Part shown: positions 26,498 to 36,459 of the stretch, piece after piece
Numbering within the stretch: position 1 is the stretch's first letter
Layout of the letters: each line of letters opens with the position of its first letter
Virus record (IMG/VR): IMGVR_UViG_3300036832_000974
Location: 24,796 to 88,795 of that record
Source: a virus
DNA: 64,000 nucleotides
Direction: 5' to 3' (one strand)
Translations under genes and position numbers: made by a program
The notes under the pieces: generated by a model
Database searches by the model: none
What the model saw: the letters and a program-made list of their open reading frames with translations, nothing else
Told to the model about the DNA's origin: nothing

Positions 26498-27867
26498 GCG
26501 GTGTCGCCGCCGAGCACGAACACCGCATTGGTGCCAGTGGTGTTCGACATGCACATGATACTGACCATGGCGTACTGGCCTGCGGTCTTGCTCTGGCCCT
26601 GGCGGTTGCGCAAAGCCGCACCAGTCGCGGGCGCAAAGCTGATCTGCCCGGTGCCGCCCTGCCACACAATCGCGTTCCAGCCTTTAGCGATGTTGTTCGG
26701 CAGGATCGCATTGATGGCGGAAGCATTGGTTATCGTTACTGCACGGCCGTTGTCACTTGGCGCGAAGGTGTAGTTCGTCCCGGTCTGGTCATCGAACATG
26801 GCGCCGATCTGCGACGAGGCGATCAGCGCCGAGCTGAGCGCATTGGTGATCGCAGTGTTGACCTGATCTGCAGTCTGATACGGCGCCACTGCGGTGGCGA
26901 CGCTCGCCGGTGTGGCAAAGTCCGAGGCCGGATGCACCGCGGCGTCGCCGAGCCCGAGCGCAGTGCGCACGCTCGCGGCGTCGGCGCAGGCGTCGAGCGC
27001 CCGGGCAAACGCCGTGTAGGTCGCCAGCGTCATGGCACCGACGCCGGTGAAGTATGGCAGGCGATCCGTCGCGCCGCCGAGGCCGGCGAAAGTCGTCAGC
27101 AACGAGCTTATTGGCTGCTTGCCATTGAGCTGAGTATTGAACGTGGTGGTCAGCACCCGAGCTGCCAGCGCATCGCTGAGCCCGACCACGTCGGCAAGCT
27201 GCAGAATCACAACGCCGGTCTTGCCAGCAACACTCGCCACCGGGCCCGACTGCACCGCCGCGATGAGCGACTCAAGATCGCCAATCTGTCCGGAAACGCT
27301 AGTCTCAGCGGCTACCGCGGCGTTGGCTGCTGTCTGCGCCTGCGTGAGCAGATCCGCCATCGCTGATGGCAGCGCGCTGTTGCACGACAGTGACCATTGC
27401 GTCGACGACTGGGTCTTGGTGCAGAACACGCAATGGCCGGCAAACACACCGGTCGTGCCGGAATAGGCATTGAGCGACAGCACACCCCAGTTGGTGCTGT
27501 CGAGAATATCGATCGCCAGTATGTAGGGTGTCGGCGTAAACAGCGACTTGCCATCCGAGGTTACCGTGAACTGGGTGTCGATCCCAACCACCAGCGACAC
27601 CGGCGGCCCGGACGCCTCGGCAACAAGGAAGCCGATCTGTGCCGCCTCTTCGAGCACGGTAAGCAGCGGCCCGAGCACATCGTTGATGCGCGTCAGCCCA
27701 ACTTGCACCAGTGTCGCTTCGGTCTTGTCGAAGGTGTCCTGGCGCGCAGCAACGCCGTTGATGGCGTTGACGATGTTCGCGAACCGCTTGTTAAAAAAGA
27801 TGTAGTCGAGATCCTCGCCGCGCGGCGCAACCTGCAGATCCTTGAACTGGATGACCTCGCCTGACAT
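26494..27867 (-). CDS. Tail fibre protein
   Basis: VASVAGKTGVVIL...DVVGL, DRLPYFTG, VRTALGLG fibre motifs. C-terminal QTGTNYT...VLGGD domain. Confidence 0.8.
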   Translation of the reverse strand: MSGEVIQFKDLQVAPRGEDLDYIFFNKRFANIVNAINGVAARQDTFDKTEATLVQVGLTRINDVLGPLLTVLEEAAQIGFLVAEASGPPVSLVVGIDTQFTVTSDGKSLFTPTPYILAIDILDSTNWGVLSLNAYSGTTGVFAGHCVFCTKTQSSTQWSLSCNSALPSAMADLLTQAQTAANAAVAAETSVSGQIGDLESLIAAVQSGPVASVAGKTGVVILQLADVVGLSDALAARVLTTTFNTQLNGKQPISSLLTTFAGLGGATDRLPYFTGVGAMTLATYTAFARALDACADAASVRTALGLGDAAVHPASDFATPASVATAVAPYQTADQVNTAITNALSSALIASSQIGAMFDDQTGTNYTFAPSDNGRAVTITNASAINAILPNNIAKGWNAIVWQGGTGQISFAPATGAALRNRQGQSKTAGQYAMVSIMCMSNTTGTNAVFVLGGDTA

Positions 27868-27878
27868 CGATCAATGCC

Positions 27879-28058
27879 TCATGGACTGGTGTACGCCTCG
27901 TTTGCCGTGATGCAGTGACTGGCAAACGTCGAGCCGTCATCGAGCGTCGAGTTATAGATGTCTGGCGATACCCAGTAGGTCTTGCCCGGCACGAAGTCCG
28001 TTTGAGCAACGGTAAATGCCGTGTTCACCGTCACTAGGTAATAGAGTGGATCGGCCAT
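27879..28058 (-). CDS. Hypothetical 59-aa protein (below ORF-track cutoff)
   Basis: AAGGAGG RBS. MADPLYYLVTVNTAFTVAQTDFVPGKTYWVSPDIYNSTLDDGSTFASHCITANEAYTSP. Confidence 0.7.
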   Translation of the reverse strand: MADPLYYLVTVNTAFTVAQTDFVPGKTYWVSPDIYNSTLDDGSTFASHCITANEAYTSP

Positions 28059-28072
28059 TCAGCTTTCCTCCT

Positions 28073-30547
28073 TTATGGCGAAGCGTAGGCGATGCGCTGG
28101 CCGACAACAAAATCATCGCCGGTGCCATCGGTGGTGCCATCGATCTCGATGTAAAAGCCGTCGGGGATCGATGCGGTGTTGAACGTCCACGTGCGTTCAA
28201 CACTGCCGTCGTCGAGTGTCACGTCAGCAACGACGTCAGCCGACTTGTGAACCGTGGTCAGGTAGTGCAGCGACGCGGTGCAGGTGTGATGCGCGGTGAC
28301 GAACTGATACAGCTTGCAAATCACCTTCACGTGGGTGATCGCGGAAGCAACCGGGATGAAGGTCGAGATGTGGTGGTAAGTGTTCGAGCGAATGCCGTGA
28401 AGAATGACCTGCGATCGTGACTGCAATGCCACCCCTGGCATCAGATCGGTGGTCCCCATGAACACCACCTTGAACGGCATCATCGGCGGGCCGCCGGTGA
28501 AGGTCACCGACGCGTTCGGATCAGCGTCGAACTTCTGCCAGACGCCCGCGACCTGCACCTGATAGGACAGGCTGGTCGCGGGCGGCTCGACCGCCTCGGC
28601 CAAGATGTCGATGCCACCAATGCCGCCAGCGAGCTGCAACGGCTGCATCTGCACCTCGGCGACCACGGTGCCGCCCGCCCCTTGGTTGTTGCCCTGCCAC
28701 TGTCCCCACGTCGCATAGTGCAGCATGAAGCGCAGCGATTTCGGATTGGTGGTCGACGGCCAGCGATACAGCCCGGTGTTGCCGCTGACCCAGTAGACGC
28801 CCTGATGCACCGCGAACAAGTCCCACTGGTCGCTGATGCAGAAACGGTGATCAAACGCAGACAGGAAATGCAGCCCGTAGCGCTTGCCGCTCTCAAGAAA
28901 CACCGGCGGGAACGTGATGCGGCACGGATAGACGTAAATCGGCGGACCGGTCTTGATGGTGACACGCGTGACCGTGCCAGTTCTGTTGGTTCGCGACGTC
29001 ACCGATTCCAAGTCGCCGATCAGCACCGGATTATCGAAACACGCCTGCACCCCCGGCCCGTCGAGCGCTACCTGCCGGATGGTCTGATGCAGATGGTCTG
29101 GCGTACCGTCGTCCAGCGTCCCCGCGATCAGCACCGCCAGCGGCTGCGCTAAAGGCGACATCATGTAGATGGTAACGCCCGACAGCCAGCCGTCCTGCGC
29201 GTTGAGGAATGTCTGACAGATGTGCTGACCCGACTGGGGATAAAGATCGACAATTTTGGCCCAGTGATAGACGTCGACACGATCGAGCCAATAAAACCGC
29301 AAGCGATCAAACTTATGCTGCGGATAATCCGGCGAGCCCTCGGGATGCTGGGCCACGTCCCGCAACGTCGTGACCGCCCATGACTCACCGGTAAAGGCGA
29401 GAATCCCAAGCGTCGGGTCGAGCTGCGCTTGATACCAGAGCACCTGCGCCAGCGGCGATGGCAAAAACGGAAAACCGAACCGGCGCCGCAACCTCGCTAT
29501 GCGCAGATGGCGAATCGTGAAGCTGCCGTTGAAGATGTACTGCAGAATGCGCTCTTCAATCCACGGCAACGAGTTGAACGAGCAGTCGAGCCGCACCCGT
29601 GCGCCCGATGGCGTCGGCAGCATGAATCCGTCCAGTGAAATGGTAGCGCCAGGATCGCTCGGATTGAGCAGCTGCAGCGTTGTGGTCGACGAGGTGTTGC
29701 TGCCGGGAAACCGCAGACCCTCACGAACGCTGGCATTATAAGCGCCGTCGACGTTGCCGGTGAGGAACGACTGGCTGTTGTCGAGGAAATTATCGGTGCC
29801 ATAGAACATATACGCCGCTGGCTGGTGAATGAGATCCCAGATCTCTTTGACCAGCGTGACCAGCTTTTGATAATCGGCGAGCAGCACATAGTTACGCAGC
29901 TGATCCGCCAGCGCCGCAAGTGCGGTCGTCAGCGTTGACACCTGCCCGGCAATCTGAGCATCAAACACCTCGATCGACGACACCCGGTCGGTGAGATCAC
30001 GCAGGTTGTCGATCGCGTTGACGGTGACCTGCTGCACCGAAACGATGCCAGTAGGGTCGACCAGCACGTAAGCAATCAAGAGATCGGTGGCATCGATAGC
30101 CGGATACTGCGGTGATGGACCTTCGACTCCCGGCACCACATCAACGTTGCAGTAGCGGGTCGTCGTCATCGCTACCGATTGCGGCTGCGATTGCCCGGTG
30201 TCAGCATCAATGATGAAGTCACGCGGCTGAATATCCTGCGTGATAGTAGAGCCCCAGCACACCACCGCAATCTGCTTCTTCTGGGTCACCGGCAGGCTGT
30301 TGAACAGGTCGATGGTCACAACATCGTTGCGCGCGTAAACCTGACCGGCGTTGTAAAGCCGCCCCGCAGAGACGTTAATCTGGGTCGGCGCCACCTTCGA
30401 AACAGTGAAGCCGTAATAGGACATCTGCGGTTCGATGGCGTCGTTGACCACATGATCCAGCGAACCGCCGAGATAATCCTGCATATTGTTGAAATCTGCA
30501 GCCTGCGTTTCCTGATTGTCACGGAAGATGACTGCGTTCTCGGCCAT
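28073..30547 (-). CDS. Large baseplate wedge/fibre-attachment protein
   Basis: 824 aa directly after gpI. Beta-rich with a central coiled coil. Confidence 0.7.
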   Translation of the reverse strand: MAENAVIFRDNQETQAADFNNMQDYLGGSLDHVVNDAIEPQMSYYGFTVSKVAPTQINVSAGRLYNAGQVYARNDVVTIDLFNSLPVTQKKQIAVVCWGSTITQDIQPRDFIIDADTGQSQPQSVAMTTTRYCNVDVVPGVEGPSPQYPAIDATDLLIAYVLVDPTGIVSVQQVTVNAIDNLRDLTDRVSSIEVFDAQIAGQVSTLTTALAALADQLRNYVLLADYQKLVTLVKEIWDLIHQPAAYMFYGTDNFLDNSQSFLTGNVDGAYNASVREGLRFPGSNTSSTTTLQLLNPSDPGATISLDGFMLPTPSGARVRLDCSFNSLPWIEERILQYIFNGSFTIRHLRIARLRRRFGFPFLPSPLAQVLWYQAQLDPTLGILAFTGESWAVTTLRDVAQHPEGSPDYPQHKFDRLRFYWLDRVDVYHWAKIVDLYPQSGQHICQTFLNAQDGWLSGVTIYMMSPLAQPLAVLIAGTLDDGTPDHLHQTIRQVALDGPGVQACFDNPVLIGDLESVTSRTNRTGTVTRVTIKTGPPIYVYPCRITFPPVFLESGKRYGLHFLSAFDHRFCISDQWDLFAVHQGVYWVSGNTGLYRWPSTTNPKSLRFMLHYATWGQWQGNNQGAGGTVVAEVQMQPLQLAGGIGGIDILAEAVEPPATSLSYQVQVAGVWQKFDADPNASVTFTGGPPMMPFKVVFMGTTDLMPGVALQSRSQVILHGIRSNTYHHISTFIPVASAITHVKVICKLYQFVTAHHTCTASLHYLTTVHKSADVVADVTLDDGSVERTWTFNTASIPDGFYIEIDGTTDGTGDDFVVGQRIAYASP

Positions 30548-30559
30548 CGAGATGATCTC

Positions 30560-32215
30560 CTAATCGTTGATGTACTGACCGACGGTGTAGTTGCCGTCGA
30601 CCGGCAGGCTGTCGTTGGTAGAGATGACGCGCTTCACCTTGGTGTCGATGCCAACGGTATCGCGCACCGCCATCGACGCGGTGACAGCGCGGCGCAGCTT
30701 CTGAATTGTCTTGGTGTCAGGCGCGCGCAGAAAACCGCGCAGGTAGCCGGTGGTGTTCAAAAACCATGGGCGCCATGGCCTGAACATCTGGATCTTAAGC
30801 TCGGCGCTGTAGCGCTTGATCCCGAACCGCGCCACGCCCATGAAGGTGTAGCCCTTGCGATAGTCAGGCGCGCGATTGCGATCGAGGATGTACCAGCGCT
30901 CATAGATGAACTGCCACGCCGTTGAGGTCGGTAGAAATTTGCGGGTGAGATAATTCGGATTGCCCGGCGGTACCGGCAGCGTGTCGGGCGCGTTCGAACT
31001 GAGGAACTGCTTGGCGGGCCGCTTCGCCGCGTACAGCTTGCGCTTCGACATCGGATGAACTTCTGAAACATATTCGGGCTGCAGATTGATCAGCTCGCCG
31101 CCCGGCACGAGGGTCTGGTAAATCGCCTTCGCCTGCGAAAGATCGAGGCGGCCATCACGCGGGATACGAACCAAGCGCGCTTCGGTGCCATCATCGGCGC
31201 CAAGGAAGATGCCGTGCTTGTTGCTCGCCAGCGGATGGTCCTTGGGCAGCGGCCACTTGCCTTCCTCGCCCATGTAGTAGTGATTGTTCAGCCGCGCGGG
31301 CAGCATCACCTCGTCGTAAGTGGTGGCGCCGTACTTGGTGTTCAGGTCAGTGACGGTGCGAAACGTCAGCGGTGTCTCGATGCCGCGATCCCACAGTGTC
31401 GCGGTGCGGGTGAACTTGCCGCCAGCGGTCTGGCTGGTCGGATAGAACTTGCGGGTCGGCCCGGTGAAGCTGCCGTTCTTGGTGAACTTCTTGACCGTGT
31501 CTGGCGGCAGACCACTGATGAATTTAGCCGGATAGCACAGCCACGGCAGCTTCACCCGCTCAACAAACGGATAGAGCCGCAGCTGCGGAAACCGCGCCAC
31601 GTACGCCGCGCGCTCGTCGTTGGAGTAGCTCTTGGTCGGAAAGAACTTCGCGGGCGGCACGATCGCCTTGACGACCTTGCCGCCGACCGCCTCGACGAAC
31701 CGCTTGGTGCCGAGCAGGCTGCCGCGCTGCGATTTCAGTTCCCACTGGTTGGCGGTCCACCAGCGCCGAAACGTCTCGTCCCAGTCGTCTTCCCACAGGT
31801 TGACGCCCATCGCCCACGCCAGATAGGGCAGGTTGGCGTAGCGGATCGCGTACGGATCCCACTGGTCGCGAATGATCTCGGCATAGGTGACGGTGAGCCG
31901 GTAGGCGTCGACGTCTGCCAGTGCCTTCTCCAGGCCCGTGGCTTGGCGGTACAGCACGTCTTCGCCCGCGGTGACCAGAATGCCGGGCGTGATCGGATCG
32001 GCTTGCTGGAGCAGCGGCACGCCGAACACGGGGCGTCCTGCGGCCACCCCGAGGGCGAACAGATCGCGGGTCGGCCCGGTCGGCCTGCCGAACTCCGGCT
32101 TGTCGACCGCAAAGCCCTGCGCCCGCAGACTAACGGTGACGCCATACGCTGGATCAGGCGAAACGAACGGCCCGCCAATGGCGGCGCCGCCACCGAGGAA
32201 ATCACGACCAAGCAT
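30560..32215 (-). CDS. Baseplate/tail protein I (P2 gpI-like) with N- and C-terminal extensions
   Basis: WDP...LPYLAWAMGVNLWEDDWDE...RGSLLG. Confidence 0.88.
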   Translation of the reverse strand: MLGRDFLGGGAAIGGPFVSPDPAYGVTVSLRAQGFAVDKPEFGRPTGPTRDLFALGVAAGRPVFGVPLLQQADPITPGILVTAGEDVLYRQATGLEKALADVDAYRLTVTYAEIIRDQWDPYAIRYANLPYLAWAMGVNLWEDDWDETFRRWWTANQWELKSQRGSLLGTKRFVEAVGGKVVKAIVPPAKFFPTKSYSNDERAAYVARFPQLRLYPFVERVKLPWLCYPAKFISGLPPDTVKKFTKNGSFTGPTRKFYPTSQTAGGKFTRTATLWDRGIETPLTFRTVTDLNTKYGATTYDEVMLPARLNNHYYMGEEGKWPLPKDHPLASNKHGIFLGADDGTEARLVRIPRDGRLDLSQAKAIYQTLVPGGELINLQPEYVSEVHPMSKRKLYAAKRPAKQFLSSNAPDTLPVPPGNPNYLTRKFLPTSTAWQFIYERWYILDRNRAPDYRKGYTFMGVARFGIKRYSAELKIQMFRPWRPWFLNTTGYLRGFLRAPDTKTIQKLRRAVTASMAVRDTVGIDTKVKRVISTNDSLPVDGNYTVGQYIND

Positions 32216-32218
32216 GGA

Positions 32219-33541
32219 TCAGCCGATGACCCAGGCCGAAGCGGTGCGATAGACCGGCACGAAGTTGGTGCCGCCGCCGACCACCGTGGTGCCGAACGTG
32301 GTCACCGTGGCATCGGTGACGAATGCCCGTGTGCCAGCGCTGGCCGTGGGAAGGTTCGCCACCGTCACCCCCGCCATAAGCGACGCCACGATAGCGCTCG
32401 GGGCAATGATTCGACTACCGCTAGGGAGAGTCCCACCGGCATTATCGAGGATGGAGCCGGTGGAAACACTGTAGGCGGGGCCGTTGATGGTCCCAGTGAA
32501 GCTGCTGAAGAGCAAGAACAATGCGCCATCGGAGAGGAGTATGAAGGCAGTATTATAAGTCGGGTTGCCTACGATGGTGATGGCAGCTTGACAGTTGATC
32601 TCCCCGAATCCAGACCCAGAGGCAAATGCATACTGACCTGCCGCTCCGGGCGTCATAGTCATGTTGCCATTCAGCACAATTTGCGCTCCTACCGCCGTGG
32701 CCTGAAACCCGGTTGCGTGGTTGGCGAGCGTTCCCAGGATGACGTGGCCGCCGTACTTTCCGACGTTGACCTTGCACTCAGAAACCACAGATACATAGCC
32801 ACCCCAGGCAACCGTGGGAGACACCAGCGTCACTTCAGCAATGGTGATTGGTGAGAGTATAGGTATGCCGCCAAAATAGAAGCAAAGCCCCCAGCCAAGA
32901 CTGGCAGCGCCTTCGGCGTCAGCGTCGATGACCACTTTCGTTGCGTCAGCGGAATTGCCAAGGATGAAGATGTTGCCAGACCCGATCGGAGTCACCCACA
33001 CGGTGCTCCATTGGTCACCTGACATGACAACCGGCCCGTAGTGCGCCGTCGCGTCCTGAAGCTGGACGGTGATGTCGAAGCCATTCAAGTCGTATGAGCA
33101 CAGGGTGTTCCAGGCTTTCGCCATCGTCTTGAACGGAGCGGTACTGGTGCCAGCGTTGCTGTCGTTGCCGGTATCGGCATTGACGTAGATCGTCAGCGCT
33201 GCCTGCAGCAACGGCCGCGACGGCGCGGACGGCGGTGGTGCAAAGTCTTCCGCTAGCGCGTCGATCATCACCGTCGGCGGCGCCGAGAAGTTCACCTTGG
33301 CGTTGGCGGCCGACGACATCAGCACAGTGGTGCGAGCGAATACCGGCCCGGTGCTCGAATAGGTGCCGCGGCCGATCTCCCACTGCGAATTGTCGTTCGA
33401 TCGAGCGTTGTAGCTGTACACCCCGCCGGTTACTGCGCCCGACTGCGCTGGCGTCAGTGACCCAACCTTCGCCGCCGCGATGCCGAAATCTCCGGTGCCG
33501 CCCGCAACCGCAGCGAACGCGACGTTGTTGAGAAGACTCAT
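32219..33541 (-). CDS. Fibre/spike protein with anchor domain, inserted between J and I
   Basis: N-terminal anchor (WEIGRGTY...RTTVLMSS...ALAEDF), IYVNADTGNDSNAG...PFKT motif, spike-type C-terminus (VANLP...AFVTDA...WVIG). Confidence 0.75.
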   Translation of the reverse strand: MSLLNNVAFAAVAGGTGDFGIAAAKVGSLTPAQSGAVTGGVYSYNARSNDNSQWEIGRGTYSSTGPVFARTTVLMSSAANAKVNFSAPPTVMIDALAEDFAPPPSAPSRPLLQAALTIYVNADTGNDSNAGTSTAPFKTMAKAWNTLCSYDLNGFDITVQLQDATAHYGPVVMSGDQWSTVWVTPIGSGNIFILGNSADATKVVIDADAEGAASLGWGLCFYFGGIPILSPITIAEVTLVSPTVAWGGYVSVVSECKVNVGKYGGHVILGTLANHATGFQATAVGAQIVLNGNMTMTPGAAGQYAFASGSGFGEINCQAAITIVGNPTYNTAFILLSDGALFLLFSSFTGTINGPAYSVSTGSILDNAGGTLPSGSRIIAPSAIVASLMAGVTVANLPTASAGTRAFVTDATVTTFGTTVVGGGTNFVPVYRTASAWVIG

Positions 33542-34551
33542 TCGCCTTGCCCCATGTAACGCAGCGTTGCGCTGACGATGTTCACGCAGCCATCGACATC
33601 AACGATGGTGTCTGTGGTCGGTGATGTGATCTTGGTGTTGTAGACGCCCGCCTGCGCCAGCGCGCCCTGCAACGTCAGCATCGTGAGATCGGCGCCGAGC
33701 CAGCGCAGCGCCTCGATCAGATCGGCGATCGCCTGCGCCACCGTCGCCATCAGCGTGTTGCGATCGACGCCGTTGAACAGCCAGATCTGAATATCGAGCA
33801 TCACCGGCGCGACCTTCGGCGGGATCACATTGATGACGTCGGTGAGTCCCTTTCGCGCCGTGTCAGGCTCGGTAATGTACTCGTACACGGCTTCAATCTG
33901 CGTTGGCGTCGGCACCGGATGGGTGCCAGGAACGAGCGTCCATACATTGCCGTCGAGCGAGACCGACCACACGTAGTCAGGATTGTCGATCGCCGACGAC
34001 AGGATCGGAATGTAAACGTTGCCGGTGTACGGCTTGGTCAGCGCCGCGGCATGCTTCAGCCCGACATCATTGGGAAACATCGGCGCCGACAGCGCCCAGA
34101 ACACATAGCTTTCGAACGTGCCCATGCCGGGCCCGCCGAGGCTGAGAATGTTCGGCGACAGCCACACCCGGCGCCGGTACATCTCGTCGCTCTCGCCGAG
34201 ATTGCGCGGCATGCCGTAAGGATAGCGCGAGCCGATCGCATCGAGATCGCTACCAACCGCAAACGCCAGCGTTACCGCGCGGCACGCCTGATTGACCCGA
34301 TCGCGCACCAGCAGCTCAAAGAAAGCGTTCAGCTCCTGATTGATCCGGATCGGATCGAATTCGAGCGCGCCAACATCGTACTGCGCCGCATGGGGCGGAT
34401 CGTGCGCCGCCCAGATCTCGACCAGCTTGGTCATGCGCTGGTCAATCAGCGCCTCGGTGTCGATCCGCTGCAGCACCGCCATCGGCGGCAACAGCTCGGG
34501 ACGAATGACGCTGAACCTCGACGGCGTAGTGGTGACGAGGTTCGTCGGCAT
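33538..34551 (-). CDS. Baseplate J protein
   Basis: RDRVNQA...LAFAVGSDLD...GESDEMYRRRV...SYVFWALSA. Confidence 0.9.
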   Translation of the reverse strand: MPTNLVTTTPSRFSVIRPELLPPMAVLQRIDTEALIDQRMTKLVEIWAAHDPPHAAQYDVGALEFDPIRINQELNAFFELLVRDRVNQACRAVTLAFAVGSDLDAIGSRYPYGMPRNLGESDEMYRRRVWLSPNILSLGGPGMGTFESYVFWALSAPMFPNDVGLKHAAALTKPYTGNVYIPILSSAIDNPDYVWSVSLDGNVWTLVPGTHPVPTPTQIEAVYEYITEPDTARKGLTDVINVIPPKVAPVMLDIQIWLFNGVDRNTLMATVAQAIADLIEALRWLGADLTMLTLQGALAQAGVYNTKITSPTTDTIVDVDGCVNIVSATLRYMGQGE

Positions 34552-34561
34552 CGTGCTTCCC

Positions 34562-35176
34562 TTACGTGAACGGCTGGACGTCCCACAGCTGATCGCCGCG
34601 TCCGATCAGCCCGGATTGCTTTTGCATGTACTGGGTAAAGTCGCCGAGATGCGCGCGCGGGCGGTAGATCCCCTCGTTGCGGAAGATCGCCTGCCCGAGA
34701 CGGATCATGTCGGCGGCGCTTGCCGTGGTCAGCGGCGACCACTGCTGCAGCGCATCACCCATGTAGTAGATCTGCTTGATGCGGTAGTTCGGCTCCCACA
34801 GATCGATCGACGACGCGATCGCCCAGTAGAACCGGGTGACGATGCGGGCGACGTAGGTCTCGCCGAGCAGCACCGGCACGAATGACCCGACCCAGCGCCG
34901 CAGCACCCGCTCATGAAACGGGGTGGCGAAGATCACTTCCATCGATTGCTGAACGTGATCCCAGCCCTGCTTGAGCTTCCCGGTCCGACGATCCATGCCG
35001 TTGCGCGCTGGCGAGATGATGACCTTGCCGCCGAGCAGGTCCGGCCAGATCGCGTTAACCGAGCGATAAAACTGGTTGTCGACCACCGGAAAGTCGACAC
35101 CCGACCTGACCCGCAGCTGCTGCGACGCCAGCACATCGGCGGGCAGCGGATCAGGGATGACGTCGCCATTACCCAC
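34562..35176 (-). CDS. Baseplate wedge W / gp25-like
   Basis: GMDRRTGK...HVQQSMEVIFATP...RVLRRWVGS...WEP. Confidence 0.88.
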   Translation of the reverse strand: MGNGDVIPDPLPADVLASQQLRVRSGVDFPVVDNQFYRSVNAIWPDLLGGKVIISPARNGMDRRTGKLKQGWDHVQQSMEVIFATPFHERVLRRWVGSFVPVLLGETYVARIVTRFYWAIASSIDLWEPNYRIKQIYYMGDALQQWSPLTTASAADMIRLGQAIFRNEGIYRPRAHLGDFTQYMQKQSGLIGRGDQLWDVQPFT

Positions 35177-35179
35177 CGC

Positions 35180-35428
35180 TTAAGCCGCCGGCTCTTCCGG
35201 CGCTTCCGACAGCAGCGGCTTGATCGCACCAGCATCAAGATAATACTTGGCCTGCTTGTCGGTCAGATCGACCAGCTGCTGCAAACCCATCTTGCGCACC
35301 TTGGCGCCCGCGAACTCACCGCGCATGTCGGGCCGATGGTACGGATCGGTGATGACATAGGTCTTGCGCTCCGGTGGCTGAGCCCCGGCCTTCTTGGCGG
35401 CGCGTTGATGACGTGGCGATAACGGCAT
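35180..35428 (-). CDS. Hypothetical protein
   Basis: AGGAG RBS. LTDKQAKYYLDAGAI motif. Confidence 0.7.
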   Translation of the reverse strand: MPLSPRHQRAAKKAGAQPPERKTYVITDPYHRPDMRGEFAGAKVRKMGLQQLVDLTDKQAKYYLDAGAIKPLLSEAPEEPAA

Positions 35429-35438
35429 GATTGCTCTC

Positions 35439-35639
35439 CTATGTTGGAATGATGCTTGCGATCCATTTCACGATCACGACAACGCCAATCCAGAACGGCA
35501 CACAGAAACCGATGGCGATCGCATAAAACAGCGCACGCGAGCGCTTCTCGCGGCGGTAGTCATCGAGCTGATAAACCACGGCCACGGCGCGGTCAGCTTT
35601 TGGCGATCTTGATCCAGTCATTGGCAAGCAGATCGCCAT
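35439..35639 (-). CDS. Small membrane protein
   Basis: C-terminal hydrophobic helix. Start position uncertain. Confidence 0.45.
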   Translation of the reverse strand: MAICLPMTGSRSPKADRAVAVVYQLDDYRREKRSRALFYAIAIGFCVPFWIGVVVIVKWIASIIPT

Positions 35640-35820
35640 GACGAGGGCACCACGGGACCTTGCTGCCGTCGGAATAGTGAATGTAGATGTACTGCTCAGT
35701 CATCTTGGAGTTGGTGCCCGGCTCCAAGATTCCGATCCACACATCCTTGCCCTTGTTCTCGCGATAGCACGTGCCACCGCTCTTCATGTGTTCGAGCGCA
35801 CCACCAAAGCTCATTGCCAT
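35593..35820 (-). CDS. DUF2829 / Tad2-like protein (candidate Thoeris anti-defence sponge)
   Basis: MSFGGALEHMKSG...YIYI...VPWCP...DLLANDW matches the DUF2829 pattern. Confidence 0.8.
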   Translation of the reverse strand: MAMSFGGALEHMKSGGTCYRENKGKDVWIGILEPGTNSKMTEQYIYIHYSDGSKVPWCPRHGDLLANDWIKIAKS

Positions 35821-35829
35821 CGCCAGCCC

Positions 35830-36459
35830 CTATTTGTAATCGTCGTCAAACTTCAGCATGTTCTTGTCGATCTTGAGCGGTTCAGTGCAGAACAGCCCGT
35901 CCTTGGTGATCCAGATCGACTTCTCGCCTTTGCCCTTGCTGATGTGCACACCCTTGTCGGTGGCGGCAAAACGAAACGAGTTGCCGCCGGTGCCAACCCG
36001 GCCGGTCAGGAAGCCGTCCTGCGAAGCGCGATAGATCATCGCTGGCTGCCCGCCACCATCGAGCCACACATTGTGCGATCCATTCTCATCGATCGTGGTG
36101 CGCACCGGGCCCGATGCCAGTGTCTTCGAATCAGGACCAGCATTGTCAGCCTGTGGTGGCGGACCGAACTGCTTGTTGGGCGCATAGGGCGACACCGTCG
36201 CCTGCCGGAAATCGCCGCCAACCGCGGACAGCCGGACGTTCTGACCCGGCTTGTAGTTGTCGCGCTCGGTGGTGCCGCCGCGGTGGTCGGTGGTATGAAG
36301 CCACGGCGATAGCCACGGCTGGCCATCGTCCTGCAGCCCCATGTTCACCCGCATCTTGTCGCCCTTGACCTCGTGCACTGTACCCATGCGGTCGCTGATC
36401 GAGGTCTTGCGGCGATGCTCTGCCAGCTCGAACAGAATCTTCTGCATGGGGTCGAGCAT
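35830..36459 (-). CDS. Baseplate spike protein V
   Basis: GTVHEV...SPWL...YKPGQNV OB-fold pattern. Upstream of W. Confidence 0.82.
   Translation of the reverse strand: MLDPMQKILFELAEHRRKTSISDRMGTVHEVKGDKMRVNMGLQDDGQPWLSPWLHTTDHRGGTTERDNYKPGQNVRLSAVGGDFRQATVSPYAPNKQFGPPPQADNAGPDSKTLASGPVRTTIDENGSHNVWLDGGGQPAMIYRASQDGFLTGRVGTGGNSFRFAATDKGVHISKGKGEKSIWITKDGLFCTEPLKIDKNMLKFDDDYK

Noticed and set aside
2703-32215. Extracellular contractile injection system, tailocin or GTA instead of a phage
   Set aside because: Full head, portal and terminase genes plus an early gene region are present, consistent with a complete myovirus.
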